A stretch of DNA of 64,000 nucleotides from Paraspadella gotoi (taxonomy: Eukaryota; Animalia; Chaetognatha): contig CM119268.1 of the NCBI GenBank assembly GCA_051294375.1, positions 18,368,005 through 18,432,004 of the forward strand, written 5' to 3'. Position 1 is the first letter of the stretch; each line of letters opens with the position of its first letter. The notes under the pieces were generated by a model. It saw nothing but the letters and a program-made list of their open reading frames with translations. It searched no databases and had not been told where the DNA came from. Positions 1-11,300 of the stretch are shown here, in pieces. The position numbers and the translations under genes are program-made.

Positions 1-259
1 TTGAGCTTTAAGTAATTTTTGCATATATACTCAATCTCCTCATTGGTTGGTGTGGTCTGGTATTCGATGATCTCCGTTGCCAAATTTAGTAACTGAAGTT
101 TTCTTTCAATTTTTTGATAGTACTTAGATACATGTAGTATGCTGCTCAAAGTATTAGCAAAGTATCCCATTATATTTTCATCATCTTGATCAAATCGACG
201 AATCCAATTTTTCTTATTTACTGCTGTCACAAGGCATAGAACTTGCTGGTCCACAAGTT
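1..259 (-). CDS. Exon of GAF-domain cyclic-nucleotide phosphodiesterase-like gene (end of last GAF plus linker helix); gene continues beyond window start
   Basis: Acceptor TACAG at 260. Manual translation gives LVDQQVLCLVTAVNKKNWIRRFDQDDENIMGYFANTLSSILHVSKYYQK, then after a 1-nt shift in an A-run IERKLQLLNLATEIIEYQTTPTNEE. This matches the NK..F...DE GAF motif and the following 'A.E.+.Y....EE' helix of GAF-PDEs (PDE2/5/10/11 type). Confidence 0.7.
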
Positions 260-713
260 CTGTATTATTTTTGAAAATATTTTGAAAAATTTAAGCTTAA
301 ATCATGGTGGTCTTTTAAGTTATATTACCGTCTTCTGTGTAGCTTCTATGGATATGAATAGGCTCAAAATCATTTTCAAGAAAAAAATCAGTGGTTGAAT
401 AAACGAATCTAAAAAAATGGCGAGTAATAGTTATAGAATAATTTACTTAAATTTAAATTGTTCAAAAAATATTTAGTTTTTTAGTTGGGTTTGTTTATCG
501 CAGATCCCCAACTCTAGAATTGGTTCTCTTTTCCAAAAGCACCCCATTTCTGTTCCATAATCCCTAAACTTAAATTTAACCCTAATATTTTACCCTAATC
601 TGTTACCAAAACTATAACCCAATCCCTACCCTAATTCTAACCATAATCCTTAACTTAATCCTTGACCCTAACCATTAACCATTAACCTTAAATTTTCTTT
701 TGTATTTCTATCA

Positions 714-3700
714 CAGCCGGCATGACGGAAGCAAACGACGAAACAATGGTAAAGACCATCAGTGGCGTCATAAAACCTGCACTACCTCGACCTAAGTGAC
801 AACCTACGCAGAGTAGTGGAAGGAAAAAAAGGCTTTCACAGGAAAGGGATCAGCAAAATCCTGCGCCTCATCAACGGAAACAGGAAAATGTCACAATCCA
901 GATGAGCGAGGAGATGAAACATCTCAGTCACCATGGCCCAACTCATGAATGCCATCAACACTATGAGCAGAGACGTCGTCCGTGCTCGATCCGGCATCGC
1001 CGAAATCAAAACCATGCTGCAGGAAGGAGCCAATGCCAGAAGGCAAACAGGAGTACGCTGGGGCTGCTGGAGAATGGAACGCGATCCAAGTAGGGAGACA
1101 ATACGAGACTTGATTCGAGACTCAGTCAGGAGCGCCGCGGCGACAATCATAGAGCCAACAACAACAAGCCAAATGGGCACCGTTAAAATCGAGGGACGTT
1201 GTGATGACAAAAAACCAAGGGATTTCTTATGAGGCATTTACCAATCCCTCTGCAGATGCGACACAGACATTCGCACTATTGACGAGCAGCTGAAGGCCCT
1301 GTTTACCAGGGATTACAAGGTCAGTTGCTTCATCGATCCCATCGACGGCAGGCTCAACAAGGGCCTATGCGACGTTTTCGAAACCACCTCGATTAGCGCC
1401 TCGGAGATCGTGGACAAAAATGGAGATAAAAGTAGACCCAGAAATACACTCCGAGTATGGACTCGCACTAGTAAACGCCGTATATAGAAAATTCGACATT
1501 GTTGCCCCAGAAGACCAAGGCGCAGTGCCACACCACACAGCCCACCTGCTGAAAAAAGCATTAAGCCCGGGAGGTCATGGAATTCAGGGAATTCATCAAG
1601 ACCGGCAGGAGAAAGGAACTGGGAAGGAGGATCGAGTGGATCCTCCTTGGCTGGCTGGAGACACACGGACAACAGGCGACAGGTCGACGATTCATCAACT
1701 ATGTCAAGGACAACGATCGTCAAGTCTTCACAGACTCTACTACAAAAAGGCCTCACAGATAAAAATCCGGCCGAATCCAGCAAATGGCGACGGAGTCCGC
1801 GCCAGTAAAGGAAACAGAATTTCTGAAAAATTGTGCAAAAGCCGCCATCGCATCGCCATCGCAAGGACGACATCAAAATATTTGGTTTCATCATATCACA
1901 GGACAAGCTCAAACCCCAAAAGGACAAACTAGAACAAGCGGAGGTAAAACTGAAAGAGATAAAAACGCAGAAGGATCTGTGTGCGCTCTTCACTAAACTA
2001 CTACCGCTGCTTCACCCACTATATCTAATACCTGGCACAGCCGCTGCATGCCCTTACGCTGGTCAACAAAAGCGCGGCGTTGGAGACCCTGGAAACAGCA
2101 ATAAAGAACACGCCAGGCCTAAATTTCCTAAACCATGAGAAAATAAAAAATGGAGAATACAAAATCTACACCGACATGAGGTCTCATAACAGCCACGGCA
2201 AACGGGATAGAATACCCACTGTGCTTCCATTCGAAATCCTTTCCGGAGGAATACAGGATTAAGCATATTAACACCCTTGAAACCCTCGCCTTCAACATGA
2301 TGACAAGAAAATTCAAGGGCTACACCTGTGGAAGGCGAGTCACATTAGGCACGGACTCCCAGTACTTCAAAAGAGTAATGGACCTACAACATGAGCGACA
2401 AAAGCTACTACCGACAAACTAACTGAGATGGATTACAGAAATTAAGCAAGAAGTGCCACCCAGCAGAGGTCATACTAGTTAGACAACCAAGCCGACTTCC
2501 TCACCAGATTCACCGACCAGGGACAAATCACCCCGTTGACGGAAGATATGACCCAGGCTTTTGCAAAGACCCAATCAGTGGAGAAGCCTGGCCTGGGTAC
2601 CTTGAGCTACGAGTCAGAGGAGCACCAACATTAAGCATTACGGCTGATGTGCTCGACGTCGATGAAAAGGCTTTAGAAAAATTTTTTTCAAATACATCAG
2701 ATCAAGATTTGAAAAGAGTAAAGAGAACATACATAAACTCTACGGAACGCAAAAACAAAAGACGTCGACACTTTTGTCAGAACAATCTCGGCGAAAGACT
2801 GGACTATGGGCCACCCTGAGCTGGAAATGCTGGCCGACATGACGGGTCTCTGCATCAAAATACTCGATGAAAACTCCACAACGTCAACAGGGTGCAAATT
2901 CAAAAAGGTATACGGAAAAAGAAACCAGCCCAAACTGGGACAAGCATCGCTAATTAGCGAAACACCAGCGCTGATAAGAGTAACAAGGATGGCAACCGCA
3001 GAGGAAAAAGACAAAATAAAAGCCATAATGAACAAAATGATTCAAGATGGAATTACCCAGCCACATTTCAAGCCAGACGCAAAACAACTGCTTGGGGACC
3101 ACTTAGCACCGCCCGCACAACGGCGGAGAGCAAGAGACTTACCCTCACCCCAGCTTCACCAGCAAGGAGCATAGACGACACCAGGACAGTTCAACCACCG
3201 AGAGCCCGGAACCAAAACCCGGGCGCCGGTCCAATCAGGACCGCACTCACCTCAAATAGACGCAGAAGCGCCATCGACGAAGAAATAAGGAACAGAGTGG
3301 AAGTGACGCCAGATTCCGCCACGGGAGCATCCATCAATGTCGACGCGATCAATCTGGAGGAAGAGGAAGCCTTCCCACACCAACAAAATTAGCAGCTACT
3401 CCTGCTAAAAGAAAATATAAAGAAATGGCAAAACGAAGATGAGGATATTAAATCTGCAAAAACGATTTATGAAAATCACGGGTGCGAAGGACTTCGTAGG
3501 CATCTAGCAGCGACGCAGAGAAAGGCACTCACTCCAACGCAAGTCTTATTCATGAAGAATACTGATGAACTTCACATCACTAATGATGGAATCCTCCGCA
3601 TCATTGGATACAAAGACAATACCCGAATTATAAGGTACATTGTTCCAGAAAAAAACCTGGAATAAGTGGTCAAAAAGATCAATGATCAAAGATTAATGAA

Positions 3701-4900
3701 ATGGATTCCACGCCAACCATTGCGATCACGCCATGGGAATCCCTATGCATAGATGTCATGCATCTCCCACCCAGCGGAGGCATCAGTCACGTCATAGTGA
3801 CATCTGACAACGCCTCAGCCTACACCTGGGTGCTGCCAAACAGGCGAGCAGACGCACCGTACATTATTACCAGATGTACTATATGAGCTGTGTATCACCC
3901 AAGCCTAGGAGGCGCGCGCGGCCGCCATGAGAGTACACAGATCCCTGGCAGCCATAATGTTCAGAGGGGAACTCATCGTCACGGCAGACTGTAAGAAGAT
4001 GCTCGCGCTGAGAAGACAAACGGAAGACTGCTGGCAAGACTTGCCAATCAGCTACAGAGGATGAGTGGCTTTTTTTCCATCATGTGATTTTCCAACACAT
4101 GATAACCTCGTTATACAAAACTCCGTCCGATCCACCACCAATCTACGAGATCTACAAGGGTTTCCACAATGCCATCGAGCGCCCTTTCAGGAAGTACGCG
4201 ACACTGTCAACCTCGCTACCAAATGAGAGATCATTTGACCTCCAAAGTAGATCTCTATAACAACGTCGCCCGCTTTATGGACATGCACGGACAGGATAGG
4301 CACAAAATTTCAACGAACGCATGGGAGATTACGGCCGGATCACCTGCCTCACTATTCAGCTCCATCTTTGGGGATTCCAACTTCACAAAATGGTGGACAA
4401 AATTCACGTGAATCGCCCCACTCGTGGCTTTAGCCGCATCTCTCCTCGCCATCTGCTTCTGCTAACTCACGATGCGGACGGCGATTCGAGAAGCAAAAGG
4501 AGCAATGAATGAGTTGGACGCTTTCATCGCAGGAACCAACTTGGCTCAGTAAGGCGGGATAAACCCGCCGCCTTCGCCAACTGCAGCGGTCAGCTGCATT
4601 CCCCTCCATTCTGCCTCTCTCCACTCTCGGCGGGAAAGCCAGCAAAAAGCCAGTGAAAAACCAGCAAGAAGCCGAGGAAACCACGAGGTCCATCTCACCA
4701 GGACCAAACAAAGACCTCACCAAAACTCTATGACCGCAAGAAAGGCCATGGGACAATTGGAGGGAAGAAGAGGATTTGGGAGGTTAACAAAAGGGCCAAT
4801 AGGAACAAGGCTCGAGACTTTGTTTGAGATTCATTCTAGTTTCTAGGCTCACAAAAGAAAGAGCAATTTTTACTTACCTTTTATCCTTGCTGACCATTGG
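714..4900 (+). pseudogene. Decayed, internally deleted Ty3/gypsy-like env-bearing element related to 5528-16254
   Basis: Frameshifted fragments are homologous to gag (GRRKELGRRIEWILLGWL), RT/RNase H (DIKIFGFIISQDKLKPQ, NTPGLNFL), the OTU-like insert (MGHPELEMLADM), integrase (PWESLCIDVMHLP) and env (EITAGSPASLF). PPT and LTR start are deleted; LTR remnant at about 4590-4900. Confidence 0.9.
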
Positions 4901-5039
4901 ACTTTTGGAAATAAACTCTCGCTTTTATGTCTCATCGAAGTTCTTGTATTTCATCCAAAATAGAAACTTAGCTAAAACGCTCACGATATATTTATACATA
5001 GTGCTCACCATAGAAAATGTTAAAATTTTAAAATGTATT

Positions 5040-5420
5040 TTTCTTATTTTTGAAAGCAGATTAAAATTCCTCAAGAAAAATTGATATCAGGAAATATGAC
5101 TCTTTTTAATTGTTATAATTTCCTTTCTTTTCGTTGCGTTTGGGACATAGGAAAAAGTTTAAATTGTTAAATAAATTCGTTGCCGAATCACAATTTAAAC
5201 TTTTTCCTAAGACTCTTTTTAAAAAATTATTTCATTATATTAGTCAAAATCCAAAAAACTAATATATATAACCTATAATTAAATTTTAGTATAAGAAATA
5301 TAGTTTTTTTAATTTTTAGCTAACTAAATAAAATAATTTTTGATTTAGATTTATATTTTCCTATATCAACTTTTTATGAGGAATTCGAATCTGCTTTCAA
5401 AACTAAGAAAAAACTTTTTT
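5040..5420. repeat. AT-rich fold-back/MITE-like element
   Basis: Inverted arms (tttgaaagcagattaaaattcctc / gaggaattcgaatctgctttcaaa) and an internal hairpin (aggaaaaagtttaaattg / caatttaaactttttcct). Similar arms occur near 41.5-42.1 kb. Confidence 0.55.
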
Positions 5421-5527
5421 TTCAAATTGTGACATATATATATAAATACATAACTATATATATATCAATATTTTTTAGTACAAGAAAGTTCATGATCAAC
5501 TATTCAAATTTTGATCGGCCTTACTGA

Positions 5528-5983
5528 CATCGACGATTAACTGAACTGCCGTGATACTGCGAGGAGAGAGGAATCTTCGAAGTAACGAAACAAGAGTTTT
5601 TATTCTCAGAATAAAATGTGATCACAAAATAAAGGATGAAATTCTTTGCTCTTTCTTTTGTGAGCCAGAAGAACCAAGTGACAAGCAAATTCACATCAAG
5701 CTTCTACCTCTACTTTTAGTTTCCGCTCCCTGACCCACAAGAGTCCCTTCCTTGTTCCCCATTGGCCCCCGACCCTGTGATCCCCTTCTACTCTTCTGTG
5801 ATTGGTTCGTGGTCCAAGTGTGGTCATAGAGTTGAGGGTAAGGTCTTTGTTTGGGCTTCTGGTGAGGTTGGCTTTGCCGCCGGCTGCTCCGCTGTGTCTG
5901 CTGCTTCTGCTCCTGCGTATGGGTTGGGGAGGCGAGAGAGAGAGAACCAGCAGCGGCGACCGCTGTGTCAGTGAGCGTTGATG
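5528..5983 (-). repeat. 3' LTR (456 bp)
   Basis: Homologous to 15810-16254. Sense-strand ends are CATCAACG...CGTCGATG. Contains CCAAT motifs and AATAAA. Confidence 0.92.
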
Positions 5984-7928
5984 CGTCCCCCCTCAGTTCG
6001 GCGAAGTAGGGGGGTTTATCCCGTCCTAGTGGAGCCACGGCTACTCCTGCGATCATGGCGTCCAGATTGTCTATTGCAGCCTCGATCTCTCTATTTGCGC
6101 AGCGCACGCATAGCTTGCAGCAGCAGTAACCGCAGCAGCTGAGGCACAAAATGGCTACCATTGCTGCTGTGACCGCGGCGATGATAGGGGCGGTACGCGT
6201 GAGGCTGGTCCACCATTTTGTCAGCTTTGTTTCCCCTAGGATGTCTCTAAAGAGGGAGGCTGGTGATCCGGCGGTGATCTCTCCCATTCTCTGGTTGAAT
6301 TCATGAGCCTCGCCTGTGTATTTGATGTGTAGGTCCATGAATTTTCCGACGTCGTCATATAAGTCTATTTCGGTTGTTATTTGTTCGTCTTTGTTGGGGA
6401 TTGTCGTAGTTAGTGATTTGAAGTTTTTGAACGGGCGTCCCTTTGCATCTCGGTATTCGCCGTTTGTTTTGTAGATTGGCGGCGGGTCGCAGGGCGTTTG
6501 GTACGACGTGCCGATCACGTGATGGTAAATGGCGTGTCGGTACGCAGCTCTACCTCGGTAACTGATGGGCAGGTCTTGCCAGCAATCTTTTGTGTCTCTT
6601 GTAAGGGCGAGAGTTCTTTTACAGTTCGCCGTTACCAACATTTCGCCCCTGAGAATGGCGATTTTCCCTTGATCGACGAAGGTTGTTGCAGCGGGGGATT
6701 TGTGCGCGTGTACGGCGGCTATACGCGCTTCTTTGGCTCTTGAGACGCAGAGCTCATGTCGGAGGGCGTCCGTGAGGCGGTTTATGCGTTGTGCGTTTCT
6801 GCCCGCCAGTTTAGACGCTTGTTCGTGTAGCGCCTCCATGACCTGGCTGTCTCTCTTCAACGTTGTCGGGGCGAGCGCCGATATGAAGAAATGCGGCGAT
6901 GATGTGGCATGCGCCACAAAGTCGCATCCTCTGATGGTTTCACTCTCCCCGGATACCTTCAGCACGAAGGACACATTCGCTTTCCCGCCGCAGATTTCCT
7001 GGCAGCGTTTGAGTTGGGCGGCGCTGTGATTTGCGTAGATGGCCGCGCACTTTGTCCAGCAATTTCCGGCCATCTTTGCCTTCTCCGGATTACTGCACTC
7101 GATTGTTTGCCTGTTCTTGCATCCGCCCAGCGTCGTCATGATGTCCGCTTCGGCCACGGAGCGGATCATGCCATCTTTTGTCGTGAAGACCGTCCCTTCG
7201 AAAGCAATGACCGCTCTACATTTTGCGTCTTTCCACGCTAGGATGCCACCTGGGTAGACGCAGGTGCGGCTTTGCGTGTCGCATCTCCCAGTTTTCGATC
7301 TGATTTCATCCGCTACTCGGATCCGTCGCGTGAAGAGGGTGAGGTTTGACACTAGTTTCGCGTTTTCTGACTCGTACGTGTGGTCGTGGAAATTAAATTT
7401 CTCACCCGTACAGTAGCCATCGGCGTCGTTCGTGCCAATGTGGTGGGTTATTATGTTCGTTCCCAGCTTTCCTTCCATCTCGATGGGGACGAGTATTCCC
7501 GTTTTGTCGCTCACTCTGATGGGCAGGCTATTTAGGGAGACTTTCTTTCCGTCGTGTAGGTCCAGGCATATTTCTCGCGGTAGCGAGAAATGATCGACGA
7601 CGTCGATGTTTGGGTATGGAATGTTCCATCTTCCACACACCCGGCCAGTGGCGACTACGGTTAGGTCACAGCCCTTTGCCTCGTGTTGTTCGTCATCCGG
7701 GACAAAGATGAGCCGTGTTTGTCCGACCTCTTCCTGGATCTTTCCGTTTTGCTCACAAGATTCGATGCTGAGTGATGTTGCTGTGTGATCCTGTGTAGCG
7801 TTGCAGTCGAAAACGGTGACTCGTCTCCCAAGTGTTTGTTCCACTATTTCATCCTTCGTTATTTGGGTCGTTTCATTTGCCATCGCTATGACGTACGCGA
7901 CGAGCATCATATTTTTGATGTTTATCAT
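5691..7928 (-). CDS. env: Env: class III-like viral fusion glycoprotein (herpes gB/chuvirus-type), 745 aa
   Basis: N-terminal hydrophobic signal (MMLVAYVIAMA). Cys pattern VFDC...C...C..R.CG...C...G.C.G..F, and C-terminal G.+A.+.GE....C......DCW.DLP+...TPC. N-glycosylation sequons; TM segment IIAAVTAAMVAILCL followed by a Cys cluster. Third ORF after pol. Confidence 0.85.
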   Translation of the reverse strand: MINIKNMMLVAYVIAMANETTQITKDEIVEQTLGRRVTVFDCNATQDHTATSLSIESCEQNGKIQEEVGQTRLIFVPDDEQHEAKGCDLTVVATGRVCGRWNIPYPNIDVVDHFSLPREICLDLHDGKKVSLNSLPIRVSDKTGILVPIEMEGKLGTNIITHHIGTNDADGYCTGEKFNFHDHTYESENAKLVSNLTLFTRRIRVADEIRSKTGRCDTQSRTCVYPGGILAWKDAKCRAVIAFEGTVFTTKDGMIRSVAEADIMTTLGGCKNRQTIECSNPEKAKMAGNCWTKCAAIYANHSAAQLKRCQEICGGKANVSFVLKVSGESETIRGCDFVAHATSSPHFFISALAPTTLKRDSQVMEALHEQASKLAGRNAQRINRLTDALRHELCVSRAKEARIAAVHAHKSPAATTFVDQGKIAILRGEMLVTANCKRTLALTRDTKDCWQDLPISYRGRAAYRHAIYHHVIGTSYQTPCDPPPIYKTNGEYRDAKGRPFKNFKSLTTTIPNKDEQITTEIDLYDDVGKFMDLHIKYTGEAHEFNQRMGEITAGSPASLFRDILGETKLTKWWTSLTRTAPIIAAVTAAMVAILCLSCCGYCCCKLCVRCANREIEAAIDNLDAMIAGVAVAPLGRDKPPYFAELRGDASTLTDTAVAAAGSLSLASPTHTQEQKQQTQRSSRRQSQPHQKPKQRPYPQLYDHTWTTNQSQKSRRGSQGRGPMGNKEGTLVGQGAETKSRGRSLM
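5986..5994 (-). promoter_or_regulatory. Polypurine tract (PPT)
   Basis: Sense-strand GAGGGGGGA, then 2 nt (CG), then the 3' LTR. Confidence 0.85.
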
Positions 7929-8304
7929 TTCGCCTCTTGTTACGATACGCTAAGGAATGTTTATTTACAGTCGATGAAGTATGCTAAGTATGCTAAGTAT
8001 TTTAAAGTTCAGGGCGAGGGAGGAAAAAAGCTTGTCCCTTTTTTTTTTTTTTTTGAATGTTCGGTGCGAGAGTTTTCCCGTTTTCTCCTATTTTCGATTG
8101 TGGTGAGTGATAGTTTGGGCATCGGCCCGCGTTTCACTCCTTGTTCGTTCGTCGTCCTTATTTTCGTCGTCGTCGTTTCTCCTCGTGCAGGGGGATCTCT
8201 CTCTTTCGCGATTTTGTTCTTTGTTCCTCCTTGCTCCTCCTAGGTCTAATTCCTACATGTCTGCAGTTTTTTTGCTTCGTCCCGTTTTTCTTTCTCTATT
8301 ACCG

Positions 8305-11300
8305 TTAGGATTTAAAAACGGGTGAGTCGCCTCCTGCCGCTTTTAGCCTTCGTCTGTGATAGGTGATGCGTTTTCCTGCTATCTCGACGATAAAATGGTT
8401 TCCTTTTATTTCTAGGATCTCGTGTGGGCCTGTGTATATGGTTTTCATCTTATTTGCGGCTGGCGCGGCTCCTGTGCGGATTAAGTCGCGTCTCACGTAA
8501 ACTCGGTCTCCTACGGCCAGCTTTTTTGGGTCGCGGAAGCGGTTTACTCTTTTCGATGTTCTATTTCTGATTCTGCGTTGCTCAGCGATCTTGTGCTGCG
8601 CTTCTTCCTGTCTGTCGGCTCTTAGTTTTGCATAATCAGATAGATATTCATAAGTTTCCTCGTCCGGAGCCTCGATTAGCCTGGGTTTGTGTCCGAATTG
8701 TAGTTCATGCGGGCTCATGTCCGTTTTCCATCCCGTTATGGGCGTGGCGTTGAGGGTGAGCAGTATGTGAGGCAGTTTCTTTGACCACGCCGTTGCATCG
8801 TCGTCAATTGCCTTTCTCAGCGCTTGTCTGATTCGGCCGATGTCCCTCTCGGCTCTGTTGCTGTTTTTTCTTGAGATTAGGGTCCTTCGTCCGCTTGTGT
8901 CAAGGAGATCGAGGAAACTCCGCATTTCTTCACCGTTCAGAGATGTAGCGCCGTCAAAATTTATTTCGAGGTAGCTCCCATGTAGTAGAAAAATGTTTTT
9001 GTCGAGGGCCGTTATAATGTTTTGCGCATCTGCTCTGCGGATGGGCAACGCCCACGTGTAGGCGGTGGCGTTATCGGATGCGACAACTACGTGGCTGATT
9101 CCGCCGCTGGTTGGAAGATGCATGACATCTATGCATAACGATTCCCACGGCGTTAGGGCGATGGTCGGTGTCGGATCCGTTTCGTTTAGGTGCACCTCGT
9201 CTGTCGTTCTTCTGCAGAGGTCGCACGTGAGTACGATATCCGCGCAGGTGCGTACCATTTCCGGGGCTGCGACGTACTGCGATACGAGGTACGCCGTTCG
9301 GTCGCGACCTGGGTGGCCTAGTTTCTCGTGAATCTTTTTTACTACTTCCCCGAGGTTCTTCTTCGGCACAACGTATCGAGTCGTCCGCGTGTTGATTTTG
9401 TAGCCGATGACGCAAAGTATGTCGTCTCTAGTGATTTCTAATTCCTCCGCGTTTTTCATTAGAAAGATTTGCGTTGGCGTTAGCGCTTTTCTTTGCGTCG
9501 ACATCAGATGCGCCTTTAATCCCATGGCGCCGTGATTTTTGTAAATCGTTTTTATTGATTTGATATCTTCATCTTCGTTTTGCCACTTTTTTACTTCGTC
9601 TATTAAGGGGAGGAGTTGGCTGTCTCGCTGTGTTGGTTGGTTTTCTTCCTCCAACAGGTCGAGTGCGTCCACCTCAATGGACGCTTCGGTGGTTGAGTCT
9701 GGCGGTATCTCGATCGCTTCGTCGGCCTCCCATGCGCTTCGGCGTCTCTCGTCCGCTCGCGGGTGGCGCCTCCTTTCGGGTCCTGGGCTTTGGTTGCGTG
9801 CCGTGGGCGGGGCCGCCGTCCTGATGTCACCCGTTCCGTTTTCCTGCGGCGCTGGCGGGCTTGCCGTCTTCCATTTCGTTGGGGTCGAAGGAGGCGAGAT
9901 TGGTGGCGGCACTGAAGGTGGCGCCGTATGCATGGGGCTTCGTGGTGGCGTTCGAGTTTCGCCACTTGCGCCGGGTCGTTTTATTTGGGATGTCGGCGGC
10001 GCTGCCTCTCTAGTTTCGTCTTGAGGTTTCGTCGCTGGTGGCCCGGGTTTTTTTTGTGTTTCATTCGTTGTTGGGATCCTGTAGATGATTGTTGTGTTCG
10101 CTGGGAGATCTTCTTTCTTTCTCTGCCTTGGTGGTGGCGCGAGGCGTTCAGCGTATGGTATGTTTGAGTTCGGTCCCAACCATTTTTCCGTTATGGCATC
10201 ATTGATGATATCTTTTGTGATGACTTTAATTTCCTTCTTTTCTTTTTCAGTAGCATTCGCGACTCTGAGGTTTGCGGACTCGTCCGCTATCAAGGAAGCT
10301 TGGCCTGTTGTTGTCCTGAAGATCTTCAGTTCTCGTTGATCGTTTGTTCCGTACGTCTTTTCGAATTTGCATCCGGCCGGCGTAGTGACGTCTTCGTCTA
10401 AGATTCTGATGCGGATGTCGATCATGTCAGCGAGCATTTCCAGTTCCGGGTGTCCGAGCATCCAATCTTTTGCCGAGATGCATCTTATGAAAGTGTCAGC
10501 GTCTTTTGTTTTTGGTTCCCCGTAAAGCTTCTTTATGTTTTCTCTTTTCTTTTCGAATTCCTTCCTGACAAAATTGAAAAAGGTTGTTCGAAAAAGTTTT
10601 TCGTCTATTTTCAGGGTGGCGGCGACGACGCTAAGTGTCGGTGCTCCTCCGACTCTCAGTTCTAAGTGGCCCGGCCATGCGCCGCCGCTTATCGGGTCTT
10701 CGCTGTAACCGGGTTCGTACGTGCCTTCGATGTTGAAACCAGCGGGCATGAAGGGCGTGTCTAGCGGGGTTATCTGGCCCTGTTCGGTGAATCTCGTGAG
10801 AAAATCGGCCGGGTTATCTTCGCTCTTCACGAGTATCACTTCGTTCGGGTGACATTCTTGTCTTATTTCGGTTATCCATCGTAAGACGTTGGTTGGGAGT
10901 AGTTGTTGTCGGTCGTGTTGAAGGTCCATCACCCTTTTGAAGTATTGTGAGTCGGTGATTAATTTTACTCGTCTCCCGCAGATATAGCCTTTGAACTTTC
11001 TGATCATCATGTTAAAGGCTAATGTTTCGAGTATGTTTATGTGTTTGATCTTATATTCGTCGGGAAATGATTTTGAGTGGAAACTTAACGGATACTCTAC
11101 GCCATTTGCTGTCGCCGTTATAAGTCCTCCCATTGCGCTGGTGCTGGCGTCAGCGTATATGCGGTATTCCCCGTTCTTTATTTTTGCGTCGTTTAAAAAA
11201 TTTAGTCCCGGAGTGTTTTTGATTTCGCTGACTAGTGTTTCTAGGGCCTCTCGATGCTTTCCTTCGAACTTAAAGCTGCTTTTGTCGACCAGCGTGAGTG

